This document shows, one piece after another, positions 32,961 through 43,301 of a stretch of DNA of 64,000 bases. The translations under genes and the position numbers were made by a program. The stretch is taken from NCBI GenBank assembly GCA_963748215.1, contig CAVVHS010000006.1, positions 832,001 to 896,000 on the forward strand, written 5' to 3'. Position 1 is the first letter of the stretch. The number at the start of each line of letters is the position of its first letter. Source of the stretch: an uncultured Gammaproteobacteria bacterium (GTDB taxonomy: Bacteria > Pseudomonadota > Gammaproteobacteria > UBA9214). The notes under the pieces are model-generated. The model worked only from the letters and a program-made list of their open reading frames with translations. It was not told where the DNA came from and searched no databases.

Positions 32961-34223
32961 TTAGTGATCGTGCGACGCGCCGGATTTTTCGATGTCGGCC
33001 TTGACGAGATAGCTGTTTTTGCTGACGTAATGCATTCCCGGCTCCAGCCCGCCGAGTACCTCTATCCACTCCCGGTCCTGCCTGCCGAGTTCCAGCATGC
33101 GCACTTCATACTCGTCACCGATCTGCGCATAGACCACGGTAAAATCGCGAAACGCTTGCAGACCCGTGCGCATCACCGCCAAAGGCACCGGGTGGGTACC
33201 CACGGTCACTTCAGCAGTCACGAAGGTGCCCGGCAAGAATCGCATTTCTGAGTTATCCAGTACGACGCGTGCCGTCACCGATTGATTGGTTTCTGCCTGG
33301 ACATTCACGCGTGCAATAGTGCTTTCGACAGGCTGACCGCCGGTTGCGGCAGTGATGGTGACAGGAGCACCGGCGATTACGCGTGCGCGATCAGCAGGGA
33401 AAACGGAGAGATCGACCCACACGGATGATGTATCCGTGATGGTGAACAGCGTGCGCCCGTCGGTCTGCTCACCGGGGTTGGCATCGCGCTGAGTGATCAC
33501 ACCGCTGATCGGTGCCTTGATCGTATACGACTTGAGACTTTCATTGCTCTCGATCTTTGCCAGTGTCTGCCCTTCGCGAACGGTGTCGCCAAGCGAGGGA
33601 ATCACCGACTGAATGACGCCATCAAAACGTGCGCTGACTTCACGAACCCGCTCGGTGTTGGTCATGACGCGACCGTATACGGTGACCGTTTCCTGCAACA
33701 CGGCCGGCCCGGCGACCAGTGTTTCCAGTCCAAATGCCTCGGCCACCTCGGCGCTGATCTTCGTACGCCCCTCAAAGTTATCGTACTGCCAACGATGGGT
33801 CTTGCCGTTATAGACGGCCTCGATGGACACCACAAACGAGTGCGGCTCGTAAATGACCGTATCACCGCGCAGGAAATCTTCCTGGGTCTTGAAGCCAATG
33901 GTATCGACGCGATCACCCAGTCGAGTCAGTTTTATAGTGAGATCGACGTCATCGGGTTTGACATGCTGGCCCTGTTCTGTCGCCCAGACACGAAACTCCG
34001 GAGGCACACCGGTCTCGAATATGGCCAGCTCCAGCACAAAGTCGCCATCGGTCAGTAATCGACCTCGATGAGGGCCTTTCTCGGGTTCAGGCTCTGTTTC
34101 CACGCCGTGCCCAAGCTTTGTTGCCGAGTCACGCTCCGAGTCGCCACCGCTGCAGGCCGTGAGCATGACACTCAGACAAATAATCCAGAAAAGGTGTGTT
34201 CGGGTGTTCATAAACGACCTCAT
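32961..34223 (-). CDS. czcB: RND periplasmic adaptor CzcB-like
   Basis: Lipobox LTAC, IKAPISGVI, KADIEKSGASHDH. Confidence 0.9.
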   Translation of the reverse strand: MRSFMNTRTHLFWIICLSVMLTACSGGDSERDSATKLGHGVETEPEPEKGPHRGRLLTDGDFVLELAIFETGVPPEFRVWATEQGQHVKPDDVDLTIKLTRLGDRVDTIGFKTQEDFLRGDTVIYEPHSFVVSIEAVYNGKTHRWQYDNFEGRTKISAEVAEAFGLETLVAGPAVLQETVTVYGRVMTNTERVREVSARFDGVIQSVIPSLGDTVREGQTLAKIESNESLKSYTIKAPISGVITQRDANPGEQTDGRTLFTITDTSSVWVDLSVFPADRARVIAGAPVTITAATGGQPVESTIARVNVQAETNQSVTARVVLDNSEMRFLPGTFVTAEVTVGTHPVPLAVMRTGLQAFRDFTVVYAQIGDEYEVRMLELGRQDREWIEVLGGLEPGMHYVSKNSYLVKADIEKSGASHDH

Positions 34224-35500
34224 GGCGATATTGCCGATTGCGCGATGCGCATACCGGTCAGGCGTTCAATCTCGATGGTATTGTTGTGTGCGTCAACGCT
34301 TGCCTCGACCAACGCACGGCGTGCCTCGAGCAGGTCTTTCTGCACTGTGTGCCATTCGAAGTAGCTATAGCGGCCGAGCTCATAAGCATTGCGTGTGTCT
34401 GTCAATGCCTGCTCCAGGTGCGGGATCACATCATCACGGAATGCTTTGGCCCGGTGCAGGCTGTGTTGCAGTTCCTGATAGATAACGAACAGTGATGTTT
34501 CGGTACGAATACGCGCGGCGGTGGCATCCGCGTCCGTTTGTGCCAGGCTGGCCTGAGCTTCAGCAATGCGGCCCTGGTTGCGATTGCGCAGCGTCAAGGG
34601 AATAGTTATGTTCGCTACGAGCGCCTCATCATCGCTAATTTCGAACCGGCGCACGCCTGCCGATACGCGCCAGTTTTGCTTGCGCTGCGCCTCAGCCAGG
34701 CGCAACTCCGCCTCGTCCACCCGCTGCTTCGACAGGAATCGGCTAATATCCGGATTGCGTTCAATGCGTGTTTTGAGGGTTGCGAAGGAGTCCGTGGTGG
34801 GGAGCGTCAGTATCTCTCCGTTTACACGCTTGAATCCCGGCTTGGTTTCACCCCACTGCGCGGCCAAACGGCGACTGGCAGATAACAAACTGTGTTCAAA
34901 GTCTTCCTGATTGAGTTTCATACGCGCCAGTTCGGCTTGAGCACGCGCCAATTCTGCCTGTGGCGATTTACCCGCCTGTACTCTGTTTTTGACAGCACTA
35001 ACAGTTTCTTGTGCAAGTTGCACGGCTTCGCTTGCGTTGACCATCTGTGCCTGGTAGGACAAACACGATAAAAACAGCCGGGCAGTTTCGGCGGCCGCAT
35101 CAAGGCGCATAATGTCCGCTTCTACTTCGAGTAGCGATACACCCGCACGGGCCGTCTCTAGACGGCGCTGCCGGACACCGCGCTCCAGAACCCAGGCAAT
35201 ACTCAGGGTGGTTTCCGCACCATCAAAACTCGTAAATTCGCCGGTTCCGAGTGCGTTCTCGACCATAAGGCTCAGTTCCGGATTGGGTGCCAGCCCGGCT
35301 TGCAATACCCGGCCGTCCTGCATCTGGAGCTGATGCCCGAAGGCGACCAGTTCTGGATTACGCACCAGGGTTCTGGCAACTGCTTCATTCAAGCCGATCA
35401 TCTGGCCATCACCAGCCAGGTCGGATTCCGCTTGAGCGATGGTGCCAAACAGCACTAGAAACAGGCATACACCCATCTGGCGTGTGAGATATTTCCACAT
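34220..35500 (-). CDS. czcC: TolC-family outer membrane factor CzcC-like
   Basis: QAGLAPNPEL, IPLTLRNRNQG, AYELGRYS. Confidence 0.9.
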   Translation of the reverse strand: MWKYLTRQMGVCLFLVLFGTIAQAESDLAGDGQMIGLNEAVARTLVRNPELVAFGHQLQMQDGRVLQAGLAPNPELSLMVENALGTGEFTSFDGAETTLSIAWVLERGVRQRRLETARAGVSLLEVEADIMRLDAAAETARLFLSCLSYQAQMVNASEAVQLAQETVSAVKNRVQAGKSPQAELARAQAELARMKLNQEDFEHSLLSASRRLAAQWGETKPGFKRVNGEILTLPTTDSFATLKTRIERNPDISRFLSKQRVDEAELRLAEAQRKQNWRVSAGVRRFEISDDEALVANITIPLTLRNRNQGRIAEAQASLAQTDADATAARIRTETSLFVIYQELQHSLHRAKAFRDDVIPHLEQALTDTRNAYELGRYSYFEWHTVQKDLLEARRALVEASVDAHNNTIEIERLTGMRIAQSAISP

Positions 35501-35598
35501 GAACACGTCTCCCGTGTGCTCTACGGAGCACATATATCAGGCAAAGAACAAGACTGCCGACCGACACGTCAGGCGCTCGTCAGGCTATCTACCAGGAA

Positions 35599-35964
35599 TT
35601 AGAGGACGGGTTGGGGTGGTGCGCGCAGGGGGGGTCGCCAACGGGATCGATGACGTGCGGGAAAACGTTCGACAAGTAGAGGCAGAACCGTCGTGCTTGT
35701 CCGTATTGAGGGCAATAGGACGAATATAAATGCACCGAGAATCGGGATCAGTTTAGACCATGTAACACCCGGTTCGAAGGACGACACGTCGATTTCGTCA
35801 TCATGGCCGTGGCCATGCCCATAAGGGCCCGCATCGTGGAGGTGCATCCGGTGAAGCGCACTGCTCTGGCTATCTAGACTCACATGCAGATGCAATCCGC
35901 TCATCTGCATAGTCAGCAGGCTGAGGCATATGAGGGCAATGAGCAGTGCGGGGGATGAACGCAT
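35599..35964 (-). CDS. His-rich leader protein with C-terminal RAPP motif (CzcI/DUF2946-like)
   Basis: N-terminal TM, HLH...HRMHLH...HGHGHDD, second hydrophobic segment, RWRPPLRAPP. Confidence 0.7.
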   Translation of the reverse strand: MRSSPALLIALICLSLLTMQMSGLHLHVSLDSQSSALHRMHLHDAGPYGHGHGHDDEIDVSSFEPGVTWSKLIPILGAFIFVLLPSIRTSTTVLPLLVERFPARHRSRWRPPLRAPPQPVL

Positions 35965-36251
35965 CTAGACAACACTACACATCGACTGCTTTTTTGACAA
36001 TAGTCGTATTGTTCTAGCTATCACCTGTCGAGGTCCCTGACGAATTGTTATTCTCACCGAAACAATCCGCTGCAATACGATAGATAAATCCCCATCACAC
36101 AGCGCATGGCACCGGTAGCGCACCTGGTTTTTGACCAGGCGCCGGGTAACGCATTACCCATTGTTTTCAGGAGAGCAGGGAAAATGGTAGAAAACAACAG
36201 CACGTAGAATAGACATGCAAAGTCTATTATAACTTGCTGTTATTATTGTCT

Positions 36252-36544
36252 TTGCACATCCGGTGAGATAACTCACCCCCTACGCGGCTCGCGCGGCGAC
36301 GTTCTCGGCAATGGCTCCCTGCATTGCTCTCGGCTCTGGCATGGCCCAGGCCAGTCTCTCGATCGCTGCGCGATCTCACCTGCTCCTGCTTCGCTCTACC
36401 GAGTCCATCCATGGACTCGTACCTCCTGCATGGCCCAGGCCAGCCTCTCGACCCGGGCTATGCCTGTAATAATGGCTCATCTTCTCCCTGCAGTCGTGCG
36501 CCGCCTTCGGCGGCTTGTCGAACTCCCGACTGCCTGGTTCGTAG
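36252..36544 (-). repeat. tRNA-Arg att-like site 4 (degenerate acceptor end) with the most deeply nested insertion
   Basis: ...TTGT-CGAACTCCCGACTGCCTGGTTCGTAG. Confidence 0.8.
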
Positions 36545-36652
36545 TTAGCACTTTAGTCGCTGACTGTATGTATTTAATTGACATGCCTGAATTCTTACTC
36601 CGTTTTTTGGTTCACATCGTTTTCAGTTTACACATCAACCAGAAGCCCTGCG

Positions 36653-37018
36653 TCATCCGTCAAAAGCCAGCTTCATCTTCCTGGCTATCTTCTGCAAGCG
36701 CTGGTCGCGTGTCCAGATCAAGGCCATATCCGCTAATGTGGCAGATGCCAGAAGATGGGTATCGATATAACCGACACCCTGCCCCATCAGTTTATTGCTT
36801 TCGATAAAGTGCAACACCTCTTCATGCGAGGCCACTGGCGCCTGGGGCAAATCGTTGAGCAGCCTGATCACATCATCCCGCTTTTGCAGATTCCTACAGG
36901 CCAGCTCACCAATGACAAAGGTGTGCGCCAGTACCTGGCAGCTGTCGAGCAGATCTATAAGACGCTCGTCTCCAGTACGCAGATGATCGATCCAGACCGA
37001 GGTATCAACCAGGATCAT
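36653..37018 (-). CDS. vapC: VapC PIN-domain toxin
   Basis: MILVDTSVWIDHL, VIGEL, GYIDTHLL, WTRD. Confidence 0.92.
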   Translation of the reverse strand: MILVDTSVWIDHLRTGDERLIDLLDSCQVLAHTFVIGELACRNLQKRDDVIRLLNDLPQAPVASHEEVLHFIESNKLMGQGVGYIDTHLLASATLADMALIWTRDQRLQKIARKMKLAFDG

Positions 37019-37215
37019 GCTGCCGGATCGGACTGCCGGCGGGGTATCGGTTTCAGTTGTGGTTCGCTGCCCCCCAGCCGGGCCAGTCGGCGGGCGCTCT
37101 CTCGTTCGATCAGGGCGCGCAATCCCTCACGCACCAGCGCGACTTTCTCACTTACCCCGGTAATCCGCTGGGCCTCGGCTAACAATTGGTCATCGATATT
37201 CAGTGTGGTTCTCAC
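37015..37215 (-). CDS. vapB: VapB antitoxin
   Basis: MRTTLNIDD...LVREGLRALIERESARRLA; palindrome ACATCAT-N3-ATGATGT at 37250-37266. Confidence 0.9.
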   Translation of the reverse strand: MRTTLNIDDQLLAEAQRITGVSEKVALVREGLRALIERESARRLARLGGSEPQLKPIPRRQSDPAA

Positions 37216-37324
37216 GGGCAGCTCCCGTCGTCAGAAGGCACGATTATTAACATCATTTGATGATGTACTGGATGTACTGATTGTGCAAGGGTTGTCGCCT
37301 GACCCGAGCCAGGCGAATTGCTAA

Positions 37325-37945
37325 TTATCACCTGAAAACGGTGAGTTAGGCAGTCGTGTTCATGCTCGCAACCTTACCTACCCTGCTTTGCCATGAAGGA
37401 CCTGCTGATACTCCTCGCCCATCTATCGACTACCGTCGCCAAACTCCTGGGGCCTGGCGCTGCGAGGGCCATTGTCGCTGACAGCCTGCTCATGAAGCAG
37501 CAGCTTCTGGTCATTCATCGTTCGCGGTGACGCGCGCCCAATCTTTCGGCGCTTGATCTGTTTCTGTTTGGCTTCTGGACGCTGTTTCTCGATCCACACG
37601 TTATTCAGCGGGCTGCGGTGATTATTCGGCCATCAACGCTTTTGAAATTTCACGACCTGCTTAAAAATCGTAAGTACCGACTTCTGATTGGAACGATTCG
37701 TCGTGAATACCTGGATCACATCTTTTTCTGGAATGCGCACGACCTGGAGCGAAAACTTGAGGCTTTTAGGAAATACTACAACCAGAATCGGGTTCATCAA
37801 TCGCTAGCCGGTGATGCACCGGCGGTTGTTAGCGGCATTTCTCAAACTCAATGCGCAGATCTCAGCAACTATTCGTGGATGTCACACCGCAATGGACTTT
37901 TTCAAACCCAGGTCGCTGCATAAACAGGAATTCGCCAAGGACAGG
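37325..37945 (+). mobile_element. Internally deleted integrase-core (IS481-like) IS
   Basis: MKDLLILLAHL...KQQLLV with an internal stop; LIGTIRREYLDH..FWN; ends TATCACCTGAAAAC and GAATTCGCCAAGGACAG. Confidence 0.72.
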
Positions 37946-37996
37946 GTCGTTTCCAGACATACCAGATTTAATCTGGCCTGATGTTCCTATACCAAG

Positions 37997-39421
37997 TCAG
38001 AAGCCGCCGCGGGTACGAAAGCCACCACCGCCGCGTCCCGTGCCAGCACCAAAGGTACCGCGCCGACGCGAGGACGGGTTACGCCATACCTTGCGCGAGC
38101 GGCCAAAACCGCCGCTGCCGAAATCCGGATTGGAGCGGGTCTGGCGATAGCGCTGGTTGCGCAGGATGGTACTCCACAGATCATCGGAACTGGCAACACC
38201 GCGCAGGAACTCGTTCAAGATTACGGCCAGCAATCCGGTATTGTCGAATTGGGAATTCATATCGTCGAAGCGTTCGCGCTTGAAGTTGCGCCTGACCCCT
38301 TGTAGTTCCTGCAGACGAGCCAAATGCCGCGTGTGCATCTGCTTGTGATGGTCCAGGGCATCCTGGTGCTGCCTCTTCTCGTTGTCTATATTGACGAGCT
38401 TTTGGATGATAAGGTCATCTTTCGTAGTCATCGTCATCTCGGCATGCTGGCGCAAGGATGAAAAACCTTCACGCTCGAACTCCGCTACCAGAGTGGTGAT
38501 GGCTTTGTTGAAGTACGGATCCTCTGCGGCAGCAAATCGTGCCTGTTCCTGCAATAGCTGGTTGAAGGTCTCTTCTTCCTGCTGGATGCGTTGATCGATC
38601 AGCCGGAGCGCCTGTTCGACCTGCTCCACTGCCGCGCGCAGCGCAGGGATGCCGTCTGCATCCGCAACCGCCGCTTCCATCGCTTCCAGGGCGGCAAAGG
38701 CGGCATCGGCGTCGCTGCGTACCCGCTGTGCATGTTCGCGCAGTCGGACCGGAATCTCGAGCAACATGGCGTAGTTGGGGCGGGCCGCGTGATAATCACA
38801 CAATCGCGCCACCTTCCTGTCGAGAAAGCGGGTCAGGGGCCCGGCCGAATAGCGGGATGTTCCGAAGTGTCTTTTCCACAGATACATGAACAGCGAATCC
38901 GCCTCATAGGGCCCGCCTTTCTCGACCCGGTCTGCCTCTGCCTGTGCCGTCTTTGCTTCCGCCTGTCCGGCAATATCGTCTGCCGCATGCGCGGCAGCGA
39001 GCAGCTCCTTATGGGCCGGGTCCTCCTCCAGGCGCTGCTGTGTCGTGGCTTCCACCGCGTCGAGTCGTTCCGCGGCCTGGTCGGCCTGCTGACGCGAGGT
39101 CTCACGTTCGGTATCCAGATCATCCTGTGCCTGTTGTGATGCCTCGATGCGTGACTGGAGTGTCTGCAACGCCTGCCCGCGTTCGGCCAGCAACGCCTGC
39201 ACGCGCCGATCGGCTGCATCGAGGCCTGTGATGATCTCCCCCCTGATCAGTTGATCAAGCCGCATTTCGGCCAGTTGCCGGTAGCCGTCCGCTTCTTCCT
39301 GCCTCAGGTGCACCAGCTTCCTGCTGGTAATTTGAACCTGGGTATCGAGCTCACGGACCTGCTGGCGCACCTGGCGCAGGCCCTGGTCGATTGAGGTGAG
39401 TGTTTGCGGGCCGCTCCACAT
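37997..39421 (-). CDS. Hypothetical long coiled-coil protein with GGGGFRTRGGF C-terminus
   Basis: 474-aa ORF, operonic with the next two genes; YEADSLFMYLW motif. Confidence 0.8.
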   Translation of the reverse strand: MWSGPQTLTSIDQGLRQVRQQVRELDTQVQITSRKLVHLRQEEADGYRQLAEMRLDQLIRGEIITGLDAADRRVQALLAERGQALQTLQSRIEASQQAQDDLDTERETSRQQADQAAERLDAVEATTQQRLEEDPAHKELLAAAHAADDIAGQAEAKTAQAEADRVEKGGPYEADSLFMYLWKRHFGTSRYSAGPLTRFLDRKVARLCDYHAARPNYAMLLEIPVRLREHAQRVRSDADAAFAALEAMEAAVADADGIPALRAAVEQVEQALRLIDQRIQQEEETFNQLLQEQARFAAAEDPYFNKAITTLVAEFEREGFSSLRQHAEMTMTTKDDLIIQKLVNIDNEKRQHQDALDHHKQMHTRHLARLQELQGVRRNFKRERFDDMNSQFDNTGLLAVILNEFLRGVASSDDLWSTILRNQRYRQTRSNPDFGSGGFGRSRKVWRNPSSRRRGTFGAGTGRGGGGFRTRGGF

Positions 39422-39429
39422 GGTCCGGT

Positions 39430-40344
39430 CTACCAGGCGGTGATCGAGGCGCCGGTCGTCGGCATGGCATATTCGGGTGTGAGCTGGCCACGCCGCTTCA
39501 CGCCAAAGTCGCGCTTCTGGATTATTCCGTCGTCCTTTTTATCGGCGGCGATTTGTTGATACAGCTGCTCGCTTACCCGCAGCGCCCATTTGCTTACCTT
39601 ATAGGTCTTTCCATCCTCTTCATTGCGGACAGGTAACGTCAGCGTGCTGCCATCCGCAATCACCGCCTCGACGATAATGTAGTAGTTACGGGCATTGGGG
39701 TTGAGTTCTGGCATACGCCATACACCACTGGGTTCATCCGGCCGGGATACGATGCGCACGATGTATTCCTGTTCAAGCTGTGCACGCAGGTCCTTCAGTG
39801 AGGCAATTGCTTTCTCGGCTGCTTCGGTATCGTTTTCATGCAAGGCCACCTTGCCCTGTTTAAGGTACTGTTCCGCGCGTTCCCTTGCTTCGGGGAGCGT
39901 GGTTTGTTCGACAATGGCCTGTCGCTGTGTGGCCAGTTCGTCAGGGAGTGTTGCCAGACGGCGTTGTTGCGGGCCGCTGATCAGCGTTGCGTATACAATC
40001 ATTACCGCAGTGATGAGCGCCAGCATCACCAGCAGCGCCTTGCCCCAGGTGCCGCGGCTGATGTAGATGCGTGCGAGGATTACGCGTAAGCCCGGTTCGG
40101 GCGGCGTGTAGACAAAGCGCTCCTCATCCAGGGCCGCAACACCTTCGGCCAGCACATGATCGGGAACATCGATACCCTGGGCGGCATAGATCTCGCGCAG
40201 CCGCTTGATCAGTGTTTGCTCGCGCGCTTCCGTATTCAGTTCACGCTCGACCAGCAGCTGGCGATGCCGTAGTGTATCGACCACATCCATGGCCTGCATG
40301 ACTTCATCGAGTGGATGCCTGGTTGCCGTATTTGTCCCGGCCAT
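39430..40344 (-). CDS. DUF6384-like membrane-anchored protein
   Basis: LDEVMQAMDVVDTLRH, RLREIYAAQGIDVPD..L.EGV.AL.E.RF.Y.PP. Confidence 0.75.
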   Translation of the reverse strand: MAGTNTATRHPLDEVMQAMDVVDTLRHRQLLVERELNTEAREQTLIKRLREIYAAQGIDVPDHVLAEGVAALDEERFVYTPPEPGLRVILARIYISRGTWGKALLVMLALITAVMIVYATLISGPQQRRLATLPDELATQRQAIVEQTTLPEARERAEQYLKQGKVALHENDTEAAEKAIASLKDLRAQLEQEYIVRIVSRPDEPSGVWRMPELNPNARNYYIIVEAVIADGSTLTLPVRNEEDGKTYKVSKWALRVSEQLYQQIAADKKDDGIIQKRDFGVKRRGQLTPEYAMPTTGASITAW

Positions 40345-40374
40345 GGTTCAGGGCTGCCTGTTGTCCGGGTTCTG

Positions 40375-41550
40375 TTATGACTGCCCTGGCAGCGTCAGCG
40401 GGAATGCCTTGCCTTCTTCGACCAGCCGTGCAAGGCGCTTCTTGCCTTCTTCCACCGCATCGCGGATTTCTTCAGCGTTCTGCGTGCTCAGCTTGCGCAT
40501 TTCCTCGATTATGATGCGCGAGTGTTCCTGGTAACTGACCACCGAATCAACGAGGCGTTTGACAGCATCGGCGCGAATAGTCGGGCCGTAGCCGGCCTTG
40601 ATGGCCTCTTCATGCACCTTGCCGCCGATATCGGCCAGGTCTTCAAGGCTCTTGTTGACACCCTCTTTCATCGCGTTCAGGGTCTCGGTGCTCTCGTGCA
40701 ATCCGTGCAGGCCGGTGAACGACGCACTCAACGCGGTTAATACGGTTTCATTGGTGCCGAAGAAGCTTATCGACTGCTGGTACACGCGCTCCTTGGCATT
40801 GGTGGTCTGGATGAGCCGTGCCATGACAACCTCCGAGGTGTGGTAGCTCACCGTCAGGTTATCGGAGAGATCCTTGCTGATCTGGTAACGCTGATCGGCA
40901 GTCTGAACATCACGCATACGTTCATCGCGCGTGAGTTCCAGGCGTGCGCGTTCGGCAGCATCTTCACCTGTATACTCGCCCAATGTGTTCATCGCAGCCT
41001 GCAGGTCGGCCTTGGCTATATCCAGCTTGCCCTGGGCGGTTTTCAGGACTTCCAGCGCCAGTACTTCGGACTCTTTCAGGGCGCCGCGGAAATCCTGGTA
41101 GGCGGTGAGAATCAGGTGTTCGCGCTGGATCTGATCTTTGGAATCATCAGCCACGTCCAGATACACCTTTTTGATATTATCGAAGCGGTCGGAGATATCG
41201 CCGCGGCTCACCTTCATCCAGACATTCTGTACACGTTCCCAGGTATTGACCTTGCCATCTTCTAATTGCTCGACCATCCCCTTGGCATCTTCGCGAATGC
41301 TGTTAAATGATTTGATTATTTCTTCATAGCGTTCGCCGATTTGCATGGCGCTGACCTGTTCGCGGACCACTTCATTGAATAGCGAGGCCTGGTTCAGTGT
41401 CATGGCGATTGCCACGACCTTCTCTTCATCCAGATCGGTAATCTGATTCAGTAATGCGATAACGGGGGCTTCCTCGTTACCCTCTGGCATCAGGTTGAGA
41501 TCACGCAGCGAGTTGAGCGCCTTGTCGAGATATTTTAAAGGTGTACTCAT
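40375..41550 (-). CDS. All-helical protein, TelA/toxic-anion-resistance-like (often annotated as cell surface protein)
   Basis: 391-aa helical ORF; family assignment from recall only. Confidence 0.6.
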   Translation of the reverse strand: MSTPLKYLDKALNSLRDLNLMPEGNEEAPVIALLNQITDLDEEKVVAIAMTLNQASLFNEVVREQVSAMQIGERYEEIIKSFNSIREDAKGMVEQLEDGKVNTWERVQNVWMKVSRGDISDRFDNIKKVYLDVADDSKDQIQREHLILTAYQDFRGALKESEVLALEVLKTAQGKLDIAKADLQAAMNTLGEYTGEDAAERARLELTRDERMRDVQTADQRYQISKDLSDNLTVSYHTSEVVMARLIQTTNAKERVYQQSISFFGTNETVLTALSASFTGLHGLHESTETLNAMKEGVNKSLEDLADIGGKVHEEAIKAGYGPTIRADAVKRLVDSVVSYQEHSRIIIEEMRKLSTQNAEEIRDAVEEGKKRLARLVEEGKAFPLTLPGQS

Positions 41551-42053
41551 GGGGTATTCCTCACCTGTAGTGGATTGCAGACTTGAGGGTGACCGTGCGG
41601 GTAACCGGGGTAAGCTGATGCATTAGTATAATACCTCCTGGCAGGCGTGTACTTATTCGAATATTCAGCCTGTGGGTGGCGAATTCCTGGTTGTCACCTG
41701 AAAACGTTCACCTAGACCGTGTGGGTGACTCAATCATAGTTATCATCTTACAAACGCTGACTTAGACTGGCGTTCAAACGCCAGATGTCAATTGATTCAG
41801 CACCTCTATAAAAAGGGAAACCTGATTCTATTGGACTTCGAACATCTATTGGACAGATAGCAGTTTCAAGGCTCAGCTACGTATTAACAAACCAAACACT
41901 TAATGACTGCTGGCCAGTCGATCACGTGGTTTTTAACCAGGTAGTCGGGTTAGCACTTAATCCTTTGTTTTCGTGAGAACTGGAAAAAGGAAGGATAAAG
42001 ACAGCAAGTAGAAAAGACCTGCAAAATCTTCGCTAACTTGCTGCTTTATAATA

Positions 42054-42303
42054 TGGCGCGCCCGGAGAGATTACTCGGCCAAATTCTACTCGGGGCACTA
42101 CTGCCCCTCGCGCCCGTGCGGGGCCGCCGGCAAAGCCGGCGTTCTCGGCAATTGCTCCCTGCATTGCTCTACCTCGTGCATGGCCCAGGCCAGCCTCTCG
42201 ACCGGTTTCCGGTCTCACCTACTCCCTGCAGTCGTGCGCCGCTGCGCGGCTCGTCGAACTCGACCAATTAGAAACGTCGGGAGTTCGAATGCCTGGTTCG
42301 TAG
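42054..42303 (-). repeat. tRNA-Arg att-like site 5 with nested insertion and partial repeat tail
   Basis: TGGCGCGCCCGGAGAGATT-ACTC...TCGT-CGAACTC...GCCTGGTTCGTAG. Confidence 0.82.
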
Positions 42304-42588
42304 TGTTATCCCTCAACCTCTCCAACCGTCTAATTTACTTAACAAATCAAGACTTTTCGCCTATATGGCGTTTAATGCGTTGATTTGCGGTTGGTTGGAC
42401 ACTGTTATTGGACAGCAAACCCTCCCCAAGACCATGTGATTATGAATTCGCCATGCACACCCAACAAACGAGAAATTCCGGACATCTGCGCCATTTTTGC
42501 CACTACCGCAGTAGAATCGGCCTAAGCTGGAAAGACTCCTAGAATACGGACCACGCTGTTACCGAACAGCATCGAATCTACGCAGGAT

Positions 42589-43296
42589 ATGGGAACAGAA
42601 AAGCTACCGACAAAATCCAGTCGTTCAGAGGTCGAGGCGTTTCTGCGCGAGGCGGCATCCACACCCGTTATAAAGTCGTCGACCCAGTTGGGACGGCTGA
42701 TGTTCGCGCTGGATGCCACCGCGAGTCGCGGGCCCACCTGGGACCATGCCTGCCATTTACAGGCCCAGATGTTTGCAGAGACAGCGAACCTTGGCGGCCT
42801 GGAGATCCAACTGTGCTATTACCGCGGATTCAACGAATTCAGGACTACCGGCTGGCTAACTAACACCGTCGATCTCCAGCACCGCATGGCGGCCGTACGA
42901 TGCCTCGGCGGACAGACGCAGATACACAAGGTGCTTCAACATGCGATCAAGGAGACCAGGCAAAAAAAGGTCGACGCGCTGGTATTTGTGGGTGACTGCA
43001 TGGAAGAAGACATTGACGAACTTTGCCAGATTGCGGGTGAACTGGGCATTCATAATGTCCCAGTATTCTTGTTTCACGAGGGCAGCGACCCCGTCGCCGA
43101 ACATGCTTTCAGACAGATCGCGAGACTGACAAAGGGAGTGTATTGCCCGTTTGACGCAGGTAGCGCCGAGCAGCTGCGTGACCTGCTGAGCGCGGTGGCC
43201 GTCTATGCGGCGGGCGGGCGCCGGGCGCTGGAACATTTCAGCAAGACGCGGGGCGAGAAGGTAAAGCTGCTTACCCGGCAGATTAGTCAGGGTTAG
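42589..43296 (+). CDS. VWA-domain protein
   Basis: MIDAS-like FALDATASR, GGQTQI, FVGDCMEE. Confidence 0.88.
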   Translation: MGTEKLPTKSSRSEVEAFLREAASTPVIKSSTQLGRLMFALDATASRGPTWDHACHLQAQMFAETANLGGLEIQLCYYRGFNEFRTTGWLTNTVDLQHRMAAVRCLGGQTQIHKVLQHAIKETRQKKVDALVFVGDCMEEDIDELCQIAGELGIHNVPVFLFHEGSDPVAEHAFRQIARLTKGVYCPFDAGSAEQLRDLLSAVAVYAAGGRRALEHFSKTRGEKVKLLTRQISQG

Positions 43297-43301
43297 TCAT
43301 A

